39,386 nt of DNA from Thermoplasmata archaeon. GTDB lineage: Archaea > Thermoplasmatota > SW-10-69-26 > JACQPN01 > JAJPHT01. The position numbers and the translations under genes were made by a program. Positions 1 to 9,279 of the stretch are shown one piece after another. How positions within the stretch are numbered: the stretch's first letter is position 1; the number at the start of each line of letters is the position of its first letter. The stretch is taken from the NCBI GenBank assembly GCA_034667685.1, contig JAXDQU010000020.1, positions 1-39,386 of the forward strand. The letters are read 5' to 3'. Below the pieces are notes generated by a model. It searched no databases. It saw only the letters and a list, made by a program, of their open reading frames with translations, and was not told the origin of the DNA.

Positions 1-1
1 C

Positions 2-283
2 GGCGCGTGCTTCTCGGTGCCCAGCGGGTCCACGCGCTACCGCGTCACGATCCATGACGACGTCTCCGGTCCGGGCTTCGGCTTCATCTATCTCTGCGCG
101 GGCGCGTCCTGCCAGGCGGACCCCATCTGCGATGGCGTCGCGGAGGGCGCGGTCCCGGCGGGCACGACGGACGTGCACGTCTCGGTTTCCACAGCGCCGT
201 TCTACCCCGCGGCCGGCTGGTGCGCGCTCACGAGCCTGGCGTGGGTGCCCACGCACGGGAAGATCGCGCTTGACTTCACCTAG
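2..283 (+). CDS. Hypothetical protein, 5'-truncated by window edge (Cys-containing, beta-rich, possibly secreted)
   Basis: Open frame from base 2 to TAG at 281-283 (GACFSVPSGSTRYRVTIHDDVSG...) with GC3-rich codon usage; no family recognised. Confidence 0.65.
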   Translation, partial: GACFSVPSGSTRYRVTIHDDVSGPGFGFIYLCAGASCQADPICDGVAEGAVPAGTTDVHVSVSTAPFYPAAGWCALTSLAWVPTHGKIALDFT

Positions 284-442
284 GCGCTTTCGCAAAAGAC
301 CGGTCCACAACCGATTTGTCTCCGATCGCGCATCCCGGCTTCGACCTCACGGTCCGCGCGGCGACCCACGACCCCCGATGCTCCCCGTATGCGAGGAGGC
401 GGCATCGCGGATCGGCCGCGCACGTTCAGGAGAGACTGCAGC

Positions 443-1888
443 ATGAACCAGCAACGCTTGTCCCAGCGCGCTCCCCGCGCGGCCCTCGTCGGCCTCGTCG
501 TGGCGGCGCTCCTCGTCGGCTTCGCACCCCTTCCCTTCGCGTCCGCCTCGGACCCCGAGTGCGCGCCCGGCGCCTTCCCCGGCCCCTGCGCGTTCACGGG
601 CAGCACGCTGGGGGGCGTGTACGTCTATGATAGCATCACGATCCCAAGCGGCGTGACGGTGAGCAGCAGCCTGCCCATCGTGCTCCACGCGCGCCAGCAG
701 CTCACCATCGACGGGAGCGTCGTGGAAACGCCCTCGATCACCTTGATCTCCGACCAGGTCGCGACGATCAACGGCATCGTGCGCTCCACGGACGGCTCCG
801 GCGCCAACCCCAACGGCGGCCCCGTCACCCTCGTCGCCACGCTGCTCCAGATCACCGGCACGATCCAGTCGGGCAACGGCGCCGATGGCGCGGACGACGT
901 GCAGCAGGTCGGCGACGCGCTTCCCGTCGTCGCCGCCAACGGCGTCCCGGGCGGGCACGGCGGCGACATCATCATCTCGTCCCCGTCGGCGTCCATCACG
1001 GGCCTGATCGTGCTGGGCAACGGAGGCGACGGCGGCCTCGCCGACGCGTACGGCGGCCTCGTGGCCGCGACCGCGCAGGGCGGCGCGGGCGGCGCCTCGG
1101 GCGCGCTCGTGCTCCCGCCCACCTTCGACCCGATCTCGCTCCACCAGGTCGGCGTCCTCGTGGGCGGCGAGGGCGGCGACGGCGGCGGCGCGAGGGCGGC
1201 CGCGACCGGCGTGACCATCTTCGGCAGCAACGGCCAAATCACCGGCGAGGACTGGTCCGGCTCGACCGCGTGCTCCGGCGGCGACGGCACCGCGCCCGGC
1301 GAGGCCGGCCACCCCGGCTGCACGGGCCACTCGGCCAGCGCGCGCGGCGGCGACGGCGGCGCCGGCATCGTCACCGGCGGCAACGGCGGCGGCGCCAGCG
1401 CCGTGGGCGGCAAGGGTGGCCACGGCGGCCACGGCGCCGGCGCGGGCTGCAGCGTCTTCGGCGGCTGCGTCGCGGGCGGCGCGGGCGGCCAGGGCGGACA
1501 GGGCGGCGCCGCGACCGCGTACGGCGGCAACGGCGGCAGCGCGACCATCGAGAGCGGGAACGGCGGCGACTCGAGCGCCGTGGGCGGCCAGGGCGGCGAC
1601 GGTGGCCAGGGCGGCGACGCAGGCCACTCGTACCGCGCGGGCGTCTCCTGCCACCCCGAGATCGGCAAGCCCTACTTCTGGTGCGGCCCCGAGCCCGACC
1701 TGTGGTGCTTCGCGGCCGGGCCCGGCGGCGCCGGCGGCGATGGCGGCGTGGGCAGCGGCGACGTGGGCGTCGCCGGCGCCGGCCTCGTTCGCGGCCACGG
1801 CGGCAGCGGCGGCTGGAACAACGGCCCTGGCGGCACGGGCGGCGCGCGCGGCGACGACGACTGGGTCTGCGGCATCCAGCCCAGCTGA
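443..1888 (+). CDS. Secreted glycine-rich (GGxGGxGG repeat) protein
   Basis: AGGAG before ATG 443; N-terminal signal peptide (RAALVGLVVAALLVGFAPLPFASA); beta-rich N-domain, then many GGxGG repeats with interspersed Cys. Confidence 0.85.
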   Translation: MNQQRLSQRAPRAALVGLVVAALLVGFAPLPFASASDPECAPGAFPGPCAFTGSTLGGVYVYDSITIPSGVTVSSSLPIVLHARQQLTIDGSVVETPSITLISDQVATINGIVRSTDGSGANPNGGPVTLVATLLQITGTIQSGNGADGADDVQQVGDALPVVAANGVPGGHGGDIIISSPSASITGLIVLGNGGDGGLADAYGGLVAATAQGGAGGASGALVLPPTFDPISLHQVGVLVGGEGGDGGGARAAATGVTIFGSNGQITGEDWSGSTACSGGDGTAPGEAGHPGCTGHSASARGGDGGAGIVTGGNGGGASAVGGKGGHGGHGAGAGCSVFGGCVAGGAGGQGGQGGAATAYGGNGGSATIESGNGGDSSAVGGQGGDGGQGGDAGHSYRAGVSCHPEIGKPYFWCGPEPDLWCFAAGPGGAGGDGGVGSGDVGVAGAGLVRGHGGSGGWNNGPGGTGGARGDDDWVCGIQPS

Positions 1889-1971
1889 GGACGCGTCTCC
1901 GCGCGGGGCGCCTCGGCCGAGCGCCAGGCGCCCCGAAACCCTATATCCTTCCTGTTGCAGACCCGCCTGGC

Positions 1972-2268
1972 ATGGTGCTGCGCTCGACTCCCGCCGAGCG
2001 CCTCAGGCAGTGGGTAGGCAACATCATCATCGCCTGGACGCTGGTGGCGAGCATGGCCGCCGTGCTGGGCGCCGCGTACTACCAGCGCACTGGCAACCCG
2101 CGCATCCTCTGGGGCGTGATGGGCGGCGCGGGGGCCGGGTGCGCCGCGCTCATCGGCTTCGCGGTGATGGTGTCGCTGCTGACGAGGCGCGCGCGGCGCC
2201 GCGAGCCGCTCTTCATGCCGCACGAGAAGCACGTGCCGCGGCAGCAATTGTTCATGGGACGGCGTTGA
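1972..2268 (+). CDS. Small membrane protein, 2 TM helices
   Basis: CTATAT about 28 nt upstream of ATG 1972; two hydrophobic segments (IIIAWTLVASMAAVLGAAYY; ILWGVMGGAGAGCAALIGFAVMVSLL). Confidence 0.7.
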   Translation: MVLRSTPAERLRQWVGNIIIAWTLVASMAAVLGAAYYQRTGNPRILWGVMGGAGAGCAALIGFAVMVSLLTRRARRREPLFMPHEKHVPRQQLFMGRR

Positions 2269-2270
2269 GG

Positions 2271-2360
2271 CCGTTCAACACGAAGAGCACGAAGCCACGA
2301 AGAGCACGAAGACGTTCAGCTTCGTGCGCTTCGTGGCTTCGTGCTCTTCGTGTTGAACGG
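2271..2360. repeat. Long inverted repeat (41-bp arms, 1 mismatch, 8-nt loop) built from CACGAAG-containing 8-9 bp tandem units
   Basis: ccgttcaacacgaagagcacgaagccacgaagagcacgaag / cttcgtgcgcttcgtggcttcgtgctcttcgtgttgaacgg, lying between convergent genes. Confidence 0.95.
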
Positions 2361-2371
2361 GCTGGATGATA

Positions 2372-5300
2372 TCACTTCGGGCGCTCGTCGCTCCAGAGCT
2401 TGATCGGGCCCTTCGGGCGCGCGATGCAGGTGAGCACGAACTTCTTCTGCTGGTCGGGCGAGAGCGCGCTGCCGGCGCTCTGGTCGGCGGCGGTGCCTTC
2501 CCAGCGCGCGCTGCACGTGTCGCACGAGCCGGCCTTGCACGACGAGGGGAGGTCGAGCCCGGCCTCGGCCCCCGCCGCGAGGAGGTTCTGGTTCTTGTGG
2601 ACGGCGAGGACGACGCCCTCCTTCACGAACTCGACGCGGTAGTGGTCCGGCGGGATCTCCGGCTCGGCCGGCTTCGCGGGCTCGGCGGGGGAGGCGACGG
2701 GCGCCGCGGCGACGCCGCCCGCGCTGGCCTTCATGACCTGGACGAGGACGACGTGCAGGTCCTCGACCGCGACGGCGGCCTTGGCCTTCTTGGCGATGGC
2801 CTTGAGCTGCGTGTGGCAGCCGGGGCTCATGGTGAGCACGACCTCGGCGCCGGCGTCCTGCGCCGCGCGCAGGCACTGCTCGCCCATGCGCTGCGATAGC
2901 GTTTCGTCGAGGAGCTTCAGGCCGCGGCCGTGGCCGCACTCGTGGTGCGGGAGGTCGACAATCGTGGCGCCGGTGGCCTTGGCAAGCTCCGCGACGGCGG
3001 CGCGCTGCGCGGGCGTGAGGCCCTCGGGCGCGTGCACGGCGACCTTCTTGCCGTATCTCTTGGCGTCGTCGATCTCGAGCTTCTTGGCCTTGAGCAGGTC
3101 GGCGAGCACGGTGCTCGTGTGGAGCGCCTGCGGGACGGCGACGTCGTTGGCGCGGCCGACCTCGGGCCAGTCGAGCGCGATCGCGCGCGCGGCGTTCGCG
3201 TCGGGCGTGACGAGGATCTTGACGCCGCGCTTCGCCATCGCTTCGAGCGAGGCGGCGGCGAGCTCGGAGGCGGCGGCGCGCTGGCCCGTCTCGAAGAGCG
3301 CCGCGAAGCTGCTGCTGTCGTTCTTGCCGAGGTGGCCGACCGGGTATCCGGCGTTGAGCAGCGCGAGCGCGGCGCTCTGCGCGATCTCGGGCGCGTCGTA
3401 GGCCGCGATATCATCGGGCAGGAGCATCGTGGTGCTCACGGCGTCGAAGCCGACGTTGACCCATGCGCTGCGCTTCTCGGCGGGCTTGCCGAGCACGTTG
3501 CCGTTCGCCTTGGCGTTCTGCGCGAGGACGAGCTGCTCGGGGAGCGCGCCGTTCGCGCTGACCGCCGCCGCGAGGAGCATGTCGGTGACGCGCTGGATGG
3601 GGATGGCCACGGGGCAGACGGCGTCGGGCATGTGCTCCAGCGCGGTCCACGCGACGTTGCGGTGCGTGCGCGGCGAGATGGTCGCGCGCCCCTCGATGAC
3701 GGCCTTGGCGAGCTGCACGCGGCCGCGCGGCATGGCGGACTCCCACGGGTTGCCCTGCCCTTCGGGGGCGACGGCGTTGCACATGCCGCAGAAGATGCAC
3801 GTCGTGACCTCGGTGCCCAGGTCGCCCAGGCCGCCCGCGAGCACGCGCCCGAGGCCGCGCTGGATGGCCGCCTGGTACGGGTCGGCCTTGTCGCCGCCGT
3901 TGTACTCGAACCAGCCGCGCTGCATCTTCAGCAGCGGGCTCGCGAGGCGCAGCCCCGCGGGGAAGTCGTGGATCGGCAGCGGCATGAGGCGCGTGCGCGG
4001 GCCGATGACGGGGCCGGGGTTGAACACCTCGCGCTTGTCGGTCTTCTTGCGCCAGGCGCGCAGCGCCTTGACGCGCGGCTTGCCCAGCACGGCCTTGCTC
4101 TCGTTCGACGCGAGGACGCCCGTGGCGTAGCTCTCGCCGCCGGCCTTCTTCACCGCGTCGATGACCGCGAGGGCGTTGCCCATCGCGGTGGGATACGTGG
4201 CGCGGCGCTCGTCGTCGAGCGCGTAGTAGATGATATCAAAGGCCTCGGGCGAGATGGCGATGGCCCAGACGCACGCGCGCTCGGCCTTGCTCGCGGCCTC
4301 GGCGGCGAGCCACCCCTCGCGGACCAGCGAGGCGGGGATCGCGGCCTCGGCCACGATGACGCTCGGGCCCAGGCGCTTCAGGTTGAGGTGGTTGAAGCGG
4401 TTGTCCCACGCCTTCTGCGCGTCGGCCTCCTTGGCCATCGTGCCGCCGCTCGTGAGCACGACGCCCTTCACGATCTCCACGGCGCGCAGGTCCTCGGCGC
4501 TCTCCAGCGTGACGAGGATCGAGCCGCGGCCCGCGGGCAGGAGGCGCGAGCCCGCGGCCTGGTTGACCAGCTCCGCGAACTCGGCGCTGAAGACGGAGAG
4601 GTTGTAGGCGCCGGACTCCAGCGCGAGGCGCCGGGCCGCGAGGTGGAGCTTGGCCGCGTCGTCGAAGCTCGCGAGGTAGCTGACCTCCTTCGAGGCCGGA
4701 CGCACCTTGAGCACGACCTCCAGGATGAAGCCGGCCGTGCCGAACGTGCCGTTGACGAGGTCGAGCTCGTCGCCCGTGAGCGTGTGCAGCGTGCCGTCGG
4801 GCGCGAGGAGCAGGACCTCGACGACGTCGGAGCGGAACGGGCCATACTTCAGCGAGCCCACGCCGCCGCCGCCCTGCGCGACCCAGCCCGCGACGGTGGC
4901 CGCGTGGAAGCTGGTCGGGTACTGCCGGAGCGCGAGCCCCTTCGCGCGCAGCGCCTTCTCCAGCGTGGAGAACGTGATGTTGCCCTCGACGCGCACCCGC
5001 TTCCCAGCCGCGTCGATCTCCAGGACCTTGTTGAAGCCGCGCAGGTCCACGACGACGCCGCCCTCGGTGGGGACGCTGCCGCCGTAGCCGCTGGTGCCGG
5101 CGCCGCGCGGGACGATGGGGACGCCGTTGGTGTTGGCGAACTGGAGCAGCTCGTAGAGCTCGCCGCGCACCTGAGGTCGCACGACCGCCCACGCGTCGCG
5201 CTTGAGCAGCATGTTGAGCGTGCTGGGCGGCGTGCTGGCGTCGCGGCTGTAGAGCACGCGCTCGCCGACGTCGTCGCTCGCGCGGTCGCCGAAGTAGTAC

Positions 5301-5398
5301 TCGAGCTTGCGCGCCTGGCCCGCGGGAAGCTCCTTCGTGAAGGGGCTCATCCGCATCGAGGCCTTGCGCGGGTTCAGAAGAAGCTCAGGGAGATACAT
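2372..5398 (-). CDS. FAD-binding (GlcD/D-lactate dehydrogenase-like) oxidoreductase fused to a degenerate Fe-S/CCG region and a C-terminal 2Fe-2S ferredoxin
   Basis: PIVPRGAGTSGYGG FAD-binding PCMH motif; CIFCGMC; C-terminal PSSCKAGSCDTC...VLTC plant-type ferredoxin motif. Confidence 0.85.
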   Translation of the reverse strand: MYLPELLLNPRKASMRMSPFTKELPAGQARKLEYYFGDRASDDVGERVLYSRDASTPPSTLNMLLKRDAWAVVRPQVRGELYELLQFANTNGVPIVPRGAGTSGYGGSVPTEGGVVVDLRGFNKVLEIDAAGKRVRVEGNITFSTLEKALRAKGLALRQYPTSFHAATVAGWVAQGGGGVGSLKYGPFRSDVVEVLLLAPDGTLHTLTGDELDLVNGTFGTAGFILEVVLKVRPASKEVSYLASFDDAAKLHLAARRLALESGAYNLSVFSAEFAELVNQAAGSRLLPAGRGSILVTLESAEDLRAVEIVKGVVLTSGGTMAKEADAQKAWDNRFNHLNLKRLGPSVIVAEAAIPASLVREGWLAAEAASKAERACVWAIAISPEAFDIIYYALDDERRATYPTAMGNALAVIDAVKKAGGESYATGVLASNESKAVLGKPRVKALRAWRKKTDKREVFNPGPVIGPRTRLMPLPIHDFPAGLRLASPLLKMQRGWFEYNGGDKADPYQAAIQRGLGRVLAGGLGDLGTEVTTCIFCGMCNAVAPEGQGNPWESAMPRGRVQLAKAVIEGRATISPRTHRNVAWTALEHMPDAVCPVAIPIQRVTDMLLAAAVSANGALPEQLVLAQNAKANGNVLGKPAEKRSAWVNVGFDAVSTTMLLPDDIAAYDAPEIAQSAALALLNAGYPVGHLGKNDSSSFAALFETGQRAAASELAAASLEAMAKRGVKILVTPDANAARAIALDWPEVGRANDVAVPQALHTSTVLADLLKAKKLEIDDAKRYGKKVAVHAPEGLTPAQRAAVAELAKATGATIVDLPHHECGHGRGLKLLDETLSQRMGEQCLRAAQDAGAEVVLTMSPGCHTQLKAIAKKAKAAVAVEDLHVVLVQVMKASAGGVAAAPVASPAEPAKPAEPEIPPDHYRVEFVKEGVVLAVHKNQNLLAAGAEAGLDLPSSCKAGSCDTCSARWEGTAADQSAGSALSPDQQKKFVLTCIARPKGPIKLWSDERPK

Positions 5399-5475
5399 CG
5401 GCGGAGTACCCCGAATTGTGGGCGCGAATGGGGCGCCTCTATTTCAACGCTGCGCGCGGGCGCGACCAACCTGGA

Positions 5476-5537
5476 TCGGAAGAGGAATCGGAAGCGGAAT
5501 CGGACTCGGCCGCTTCCGATTCCGATTCCCATTCCGA
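5476..5537. repeat. Inverted repeat (28-bp arms, 4 mismatches) made of 6-bp GGAATC/GGAAGC tandem units
   Basis: tcggaagaggaatcggaagcggaatcgg-actcgg-ccgcttccgattccgattcccattccga in the divergent intergenic region. Confidence 0.85.
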
Positions 5538-5634
5538 GTATGGATAGTAAGCACAAGCAAGACGTGCATCAGAAATCGTGGCTCGCGTGCATGGCGACGA
5601 GTGGAAACGCGATGCCAACCCGTCCGCTCGGCAC

Positions 5635-5644
5635 GGTTAAATAT
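5635..5644 (+). promoter_or_regulatory. Archaeal TATA box for the cupredoxin/bc operon (leaderless)
   Basis: GGTTAAATAT about 25 nt upstream of GTG 5666 in a GC-rich background. Confidence 0.6.
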
Positions 5645-5665
5645 GGCCTCTGGAATCGGGGGCGC

Positions 5666-6424
5666 GTGAGCCCCCTGAGGCCGGGACGCAAGCTCGCCGC
5701 GCTCGTCGTCTTCACCATCCTTTTCGGCGGCGTCCTGGGCTCCGTGGCCCTCGCGCAGGCGCAAGGGAACACGACGAACAGCACCGGCTCGGGCTCCGGC
5801 GGCGACGCTGCCGCGCCCGCGGGCAAGGGCATCCACCGCGTCATCACCATCGGCGTCATCCCCTGCCCCGGCGACCCCAACAGCTTCTGCTGGGACACGC
5901 CCCGCGTGCCTGCGCTGCCGGGCGACCAGATCACGCTCACGGCCGACTTCACGGGCCAGAGCGCGCCGCACAACCTCCACGTCACCGGGCTCGACCAGGA
6001 CCTCAAGACGCCCAACTCCTTCGGGCAGCCGGTCAGCCTCAACTTCACCTTCCCCGAGGGCAAGAAGGAGATCAACTTCAACTGCGATCTGCACCCCAAG
6101 ACGATGGCGGGCAAGATCGTGCTCGCGTCGGAGCTTACGACGGGCGAGGCGCCCGCGGTCCCCGAGCTTGGCGTGCACTTCCTCTCCTACTGGGTCGGCA
6201 TGATCGCGTTCATGCTGCTCTTCCTGGTCTACGGGCTGACCTTCTTCCTGTTCAAGTACAACGAGACGCCCGCGGCGACGGACCACTGGGATCGCACGGG
6301 CGGCGAAGGGCTCACCGAGAGGCCCGGCATGCGCGGCGGGCGCGCGAGCCTGATCGCGCTGGTGCTTGCGATCGTGATCATCGCGGCCGTGGTCGGCGCG
6401 GCGCGCTATCTCGCGTCGAGGTGA
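5666..6424 (+). CDS. Membrane-anchored cupredoxin (halocyanin/plastocyanin-like blue copper protein)
   Basis: Signal peptide; PHNLHV...FNCDLHPKTM gives the type-1 Cu ligands H, C, H, M; two C-terminal TM helices; real start taken at GTG 5666 within the listed 2930..6424 ORF. Confidence 0.85.
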   Translation: MSPLRPGRKLAALVVFTILFGGVLGSVALAQAQGNTTNSTGSGSGGDAAAPAGKGIHRVITIGVIPCPGDPNSFCWDTPRVPALPGDQITLTADFTGQSAPHNLHVTGLDQDLKTPNSFGQPVSLNFTFPEGKKEINFNCDLHPKTMAGKIVLASELTTGEAPAVPELGVHFLSYWVGMIAFMLLFLVYGLTFFLFKYNETPAATDHWDRTGGEGLTERPGMRGGRASLIALVLAIVIIAAVVGAARYLASR

Positions 6425-6428
6425 GCGC

Positions 6429-6788
6429 GTGGCCCGAAAGACCGGCTCCATTCCCGGCGACGTCGTGCGGTACGTCCCCGCCAGCGAGCCCATGGTCGCG
6501 GCGCTCTCGATCGCGCTGCTCACGCTCGTCGAGGTCGTCTTCGCGGTGCTCTTCATCTTCCTGCTCGTCACGAGCGGCCCCACCTTCCACGCGGTGAAGT
6601 GGCCCCTACCCGGCGGGCAGAACCTCGCCTTCGAGGGGAACAGCGTCGAGGTGCAGCAGGCCGAGGCGTTCGCGCTGGGCGGCGCGCTGCTGACGCTCGC
6701 GGCCATCCTCTCCATCTATCGCAAGTTCTTCCTGCCCGACGTGATGATCGTCAAGCGCCGGAAGCTCAAGTACGAGGATCTGATGTGA
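6429..6788 (+). CDS. Small 2-TM membrane protein, probable accessory subunit of the archaeal Rieske/cytochrome b complex
   Basis: Tightly coupled between cupredoxin and Rieske genes; the C-terminal YRKFFLPDVMIVKRRK resembles, from memory, the small gene in haloarchaeal bc clusters. Confidence 0.75.
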   Translation: MARKTGSIPGDVVRYVPASEPMVAALSIALLTLVEVVFAVLFIFLLVTSGPTFHAVKWPLPGGQNLAFEGNSVEVQQAEAFALGGALLTLAAILSIYRKFFLPDVMIVKRRKLKYEDLM

Positions 6789-6789
6789 C

Positions 6790-7659
6790 ATGAACCGACG
6801 GTCCTTCGTCAAGACGTGCGTCGGCGTCGCCGGCGCGGGCGCGCTCGCGGCCTCGGGCCTGAGCATGGCCGCCGGCCTCGCCATCCCCCGCCGCGCGGGC
6901 GGCGCGCTGATCCGCTACTACGGCGCGCACCGCGTCGGCGGCCCGGCGCCCCGCGGCGTCCCGCTCATCCCCATCACCGTCCAGGACGGCAAGTTCGTCG
7001 GCAAGACGAGCATCCCGGCCTTCGACAAGGGCGCGGACAAGGAGTCCACGACCGAGACGCTCAACAACCTCGATTGGTACAAGTACTGCGGCCACTCGGG
7101 CGCCCCGGGCCTCGCGCCGAAGTTCACCAACGACAACACGCTGCTCTACAACAGCAAGGACCTCTACAAGGTCGTCAAGCCCTGGTTCGGCGACAAGTTC
7201 GGCCAGCCGATCTCGCCCGACGACTTCCCCGCCAACTCCTTCGGCGCGGCGTTCCAGTGGCGCAGCAAGGGGCAGTCGGGCGTGAACGTCCTCTCTGGCG
7301 TCATCATCCGCGCGAACCCCGACGAGGTCTCCTACGTCACGAAGACCGTCTCGCCTGCGGTCCCGCTGGTGAGCAAGGCCGAGTTCGACTACGTGGTCAA
7401 GAACATCCACCACGTGGATCCGGACACGAAGAACCACTACATCGCGGTCTCGACGTTCTGCACGCACTTCTGCTGCGTGCCCGGCTACAAGGAGGCCGAG
7501 CAGCTCGCGCGGCCCCGCAACGCGTGGGACAACATGTTCTGCACGTGCCACAACTCCAACTACAACTACCGCCAGCCCGTCGCGTACACCTTCTCGCCGG
7601 AGACCACGGCGTCCTCCAACGAAGGCGTGTTCGACCCGCTGCTGAAGTCGCAACAGTGA
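6790..7659 (+). CDS. petC: Rieske 2Fe-2S subunit of cytochrome bc complex
   Basis: Tat motif NRRSFVK plus TM; CTHFCC and CTCHNS cluster boxes. Confidence 0.92.
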   Translation: MNRRSFVKTCVGVAGAGALAASGLSMAAGLAIPRRAGGALIRYYGAHRVGGPAPRGVPLIPITVQDGKFVGKTSIPAFDKGADKESTTETLNNLDWYKYCGHSGAPGLAPKFTNDNTLLYNSKDLYKVVKPWFGDKFGQPISPDDFPANSFGAAFQWRSKGQSGVNVLSGVIIRANPDEVSYVTKTVSPAVPLVSKAEFDYVVKNIHHVDPDTKNHYIAVSTFCTHFCCVPGYKEAEQLARPRNAWDNMFCTCHNSNYNYRQPVAYTFSPETTASSNEGVFDPLLKSQQ

Positions 7660-7668
7660 GCTGAGATC

Positions 7669-8493
7669 ATGGCTGTCCTCCCCGGCGAAGCGAACGGCGA
7701 AGTCGTCGCCCCCAAGCGCGTCAGCGGCGGCCAGCGCGCGGCCCTTCGCGCGTACGGCTGGCTCGACGAGCGCTTCCGCATCCGCAACGTCGCGGACAAG
7801 CTGGGCAACTTCTACATGCAGATCAACATGCAGCTTCCCCGTTCGCACACGGAGAAGTACAAGCTGCGCTCGATCTGGTACTGGTATCCCATGTACACAC
7901 TCGGCAGCCTCGCGCTGCTGAGCTTCGTCATCGCCGCGATCTCCGGCATCCTGCTCACGTTCTGGTACGTGCCCTCGACCGCCGAGGTCCCGACCACGCA
8001 GTACGGCAACTTCGGCCTCAACCCCACCGAAGCCTGGGTCAGCGTCGCGCAGATCATGACGCAGATCCCGTTCGGCTTCATGATCCGCGCCATCCACTTC
8101 TGGAGCGCGATGATCATGGTCGCGGCCGTGTTCCTGCACATGCTGCGCACCTACTTCACGCAGGCGTACAAGAAGCCCCGCGAGCTGAACTGGCTCATCG
8201 GCGTGCTCCTCATGCTCGTCACGCTCGCGCTGGGCTACTCGGGCTACATCCTGCCCTGGTCGCAGCTCTCGTATTGGGCCGGCACGATCGGCAACGAAAT
8301 GGCGGCGAGCAGTCCGCCCGCGATCTTCGGTCGCGTCATCTCGGCCATGCTCTTCGCCAACGAGTACGGCACGCAGCAGACGGTCACGCGCATGTACGTG
8401 CTGCACGTCGTGCTGCTGCCCATCATCGCGGTGGCGCTCATCGGGCTGCACATCACGCTCGTCTGGATCCAGGGCATCGCGGAGCCCCACTGA
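7669..8493 (+). CDS. petB: Cytochrome b6-like (N-terminal split cytochrome b)
   Basis: RAIHFWSA..FLHMLR and YVLHVV..GLHI heme His pairs (14 residues between the second pair, b6-type); KPRELNW; GYILPWSQLSYWA. Confidence 0.95.
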   Translation: MAVLPGEANGEVVAPKRVSGGQRAALRAYGWLDERFRIRNVADKLGNFYMQINMQLPRSHTEKYKLRSIWYWYPMYTLGSLALLSFVIAAISGILLTFWYVPSTAEVPTTQYGNFGLNPTEAWVSVAQIMTQIPFGFMIRAIHFWSAMIMVAAVFLHMLRTYFTQAYKKPRELNWLIGVLLMLVTLALGYSGYILPWSQLSYWAGTIGNEMAASSPPAIFGRVISAMLFANEYGTQQTVTRMYVLHVVLLPIIAVALIGLHITLVWIQGIAEPH

Positions 8494-8502
8494 GGTGTTG
8501 AC

Positions 8503-9276
8503 ATGGCGCAGCAGAAGGCTTCGTTCTCGCAGATCCTCTCGGAGTACAGCACCGAGGCGGCGCAGATCGAGCGCGAGCGCCGCGCGGTCAAGAAGCTGCG
8601 CCCCGTGGAGGGCCACCCGTTCTGGCCCCACGAGGTCGTCCGCGACCTGATCATCATCTGCCTCTTCACCGCGGTCGTGTTCTTCGCGTCCGCGTTCCTC
8701 CCGTACTACCTGGAGTCGCCCGCGGACCCCACGGGCCCGCCCGCGGTCATCCTGCCCGACTGGTACCTGCTCTTCGCGTACGGCGCGCTGAAGATCACCG
8801 CCGACATGACGATCCTGGGCCACTCGGTCCCCACGCCGCTCCTGGACAGCCAGTACAACTTCGCGCTCAGCCCCAGCCAGTGGGGCCCCGTGAACGCGAA
8901 GCTCCTCGGCCTCATCTTCAACGTCGTGCCCGGCATCCCGTTCATCATCGTGCCCTTCGTGAGCTTCGGCAAGAGCCGCCGCCCCGTCGAGCACCCCTTC
9001 GCCGCGAGCATCGGCATGGCGACCGTCGTCTACATCGCGATGCTGTCGGTCTACTCGGTGGACACCGTCGTCAACAAGGAGTTCCCCTTCTTCGGCCGCG
9101 AGTACGGCACGTGGCTGGGCAACTACTTCACGATCTTCCGGTTCGACCTGCTCAGCTGGCTCGTGCACCTGCTGCCGATCATCACGTTCTTCATCATGTA
9201 CGTCCCGCTGAAGATCGTGCAGAAGCAGCACGGCTACGAGGCGAAGCTCAACCACTCGTACTACAACACGAGATAG
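8503..9276 (+). CDS. petD: Cytochrome b6f/bc subunit IV
   Basis: PFWPH, PADP..P..ILPDWYLLF (PEWY-equivalent), multiple TM helices. Confidence 0.92.
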   Translation: MAQQKASFSQILSEYSTEAAQIERERRAVKKLRPVEGHPFWPHEVVRDLIIICLFTAVVFFASAFLPYYLESPADPTGPPAVILPDWYLLFAYGALKITADMTILGHSVPTPLLDSQYNFALSPSQWGPVNAKLLGLIFNVVPGIPFIIVPFVSFGKSRRPVEHPFAASIGMATVVYIAMLSVYSVDTVVNKEFPFFGREYGTWLGNYFTIFRFDLLSWLVHLLPIITFFIMYVPLKIVQKQHGYEAKLNHSYYNTR

Positions 9277-9279
9277 GCG

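Noticed and set aside
2930-5665. N-terminal ~910 aa of the 1164-aa plus-strand ORF
   Set aside because: Antisense shadow of the oxidoreductase in high-GC DNA; only the part from GTG 5666 has a promoter, signal peptide and domain
7669-9276. Split cytochrome b as a pseudogene or frameshift
   Set aside because: The split into b6-like and subunit IV genes is a normal architecture, and each gene has its own start, with an SD before petD
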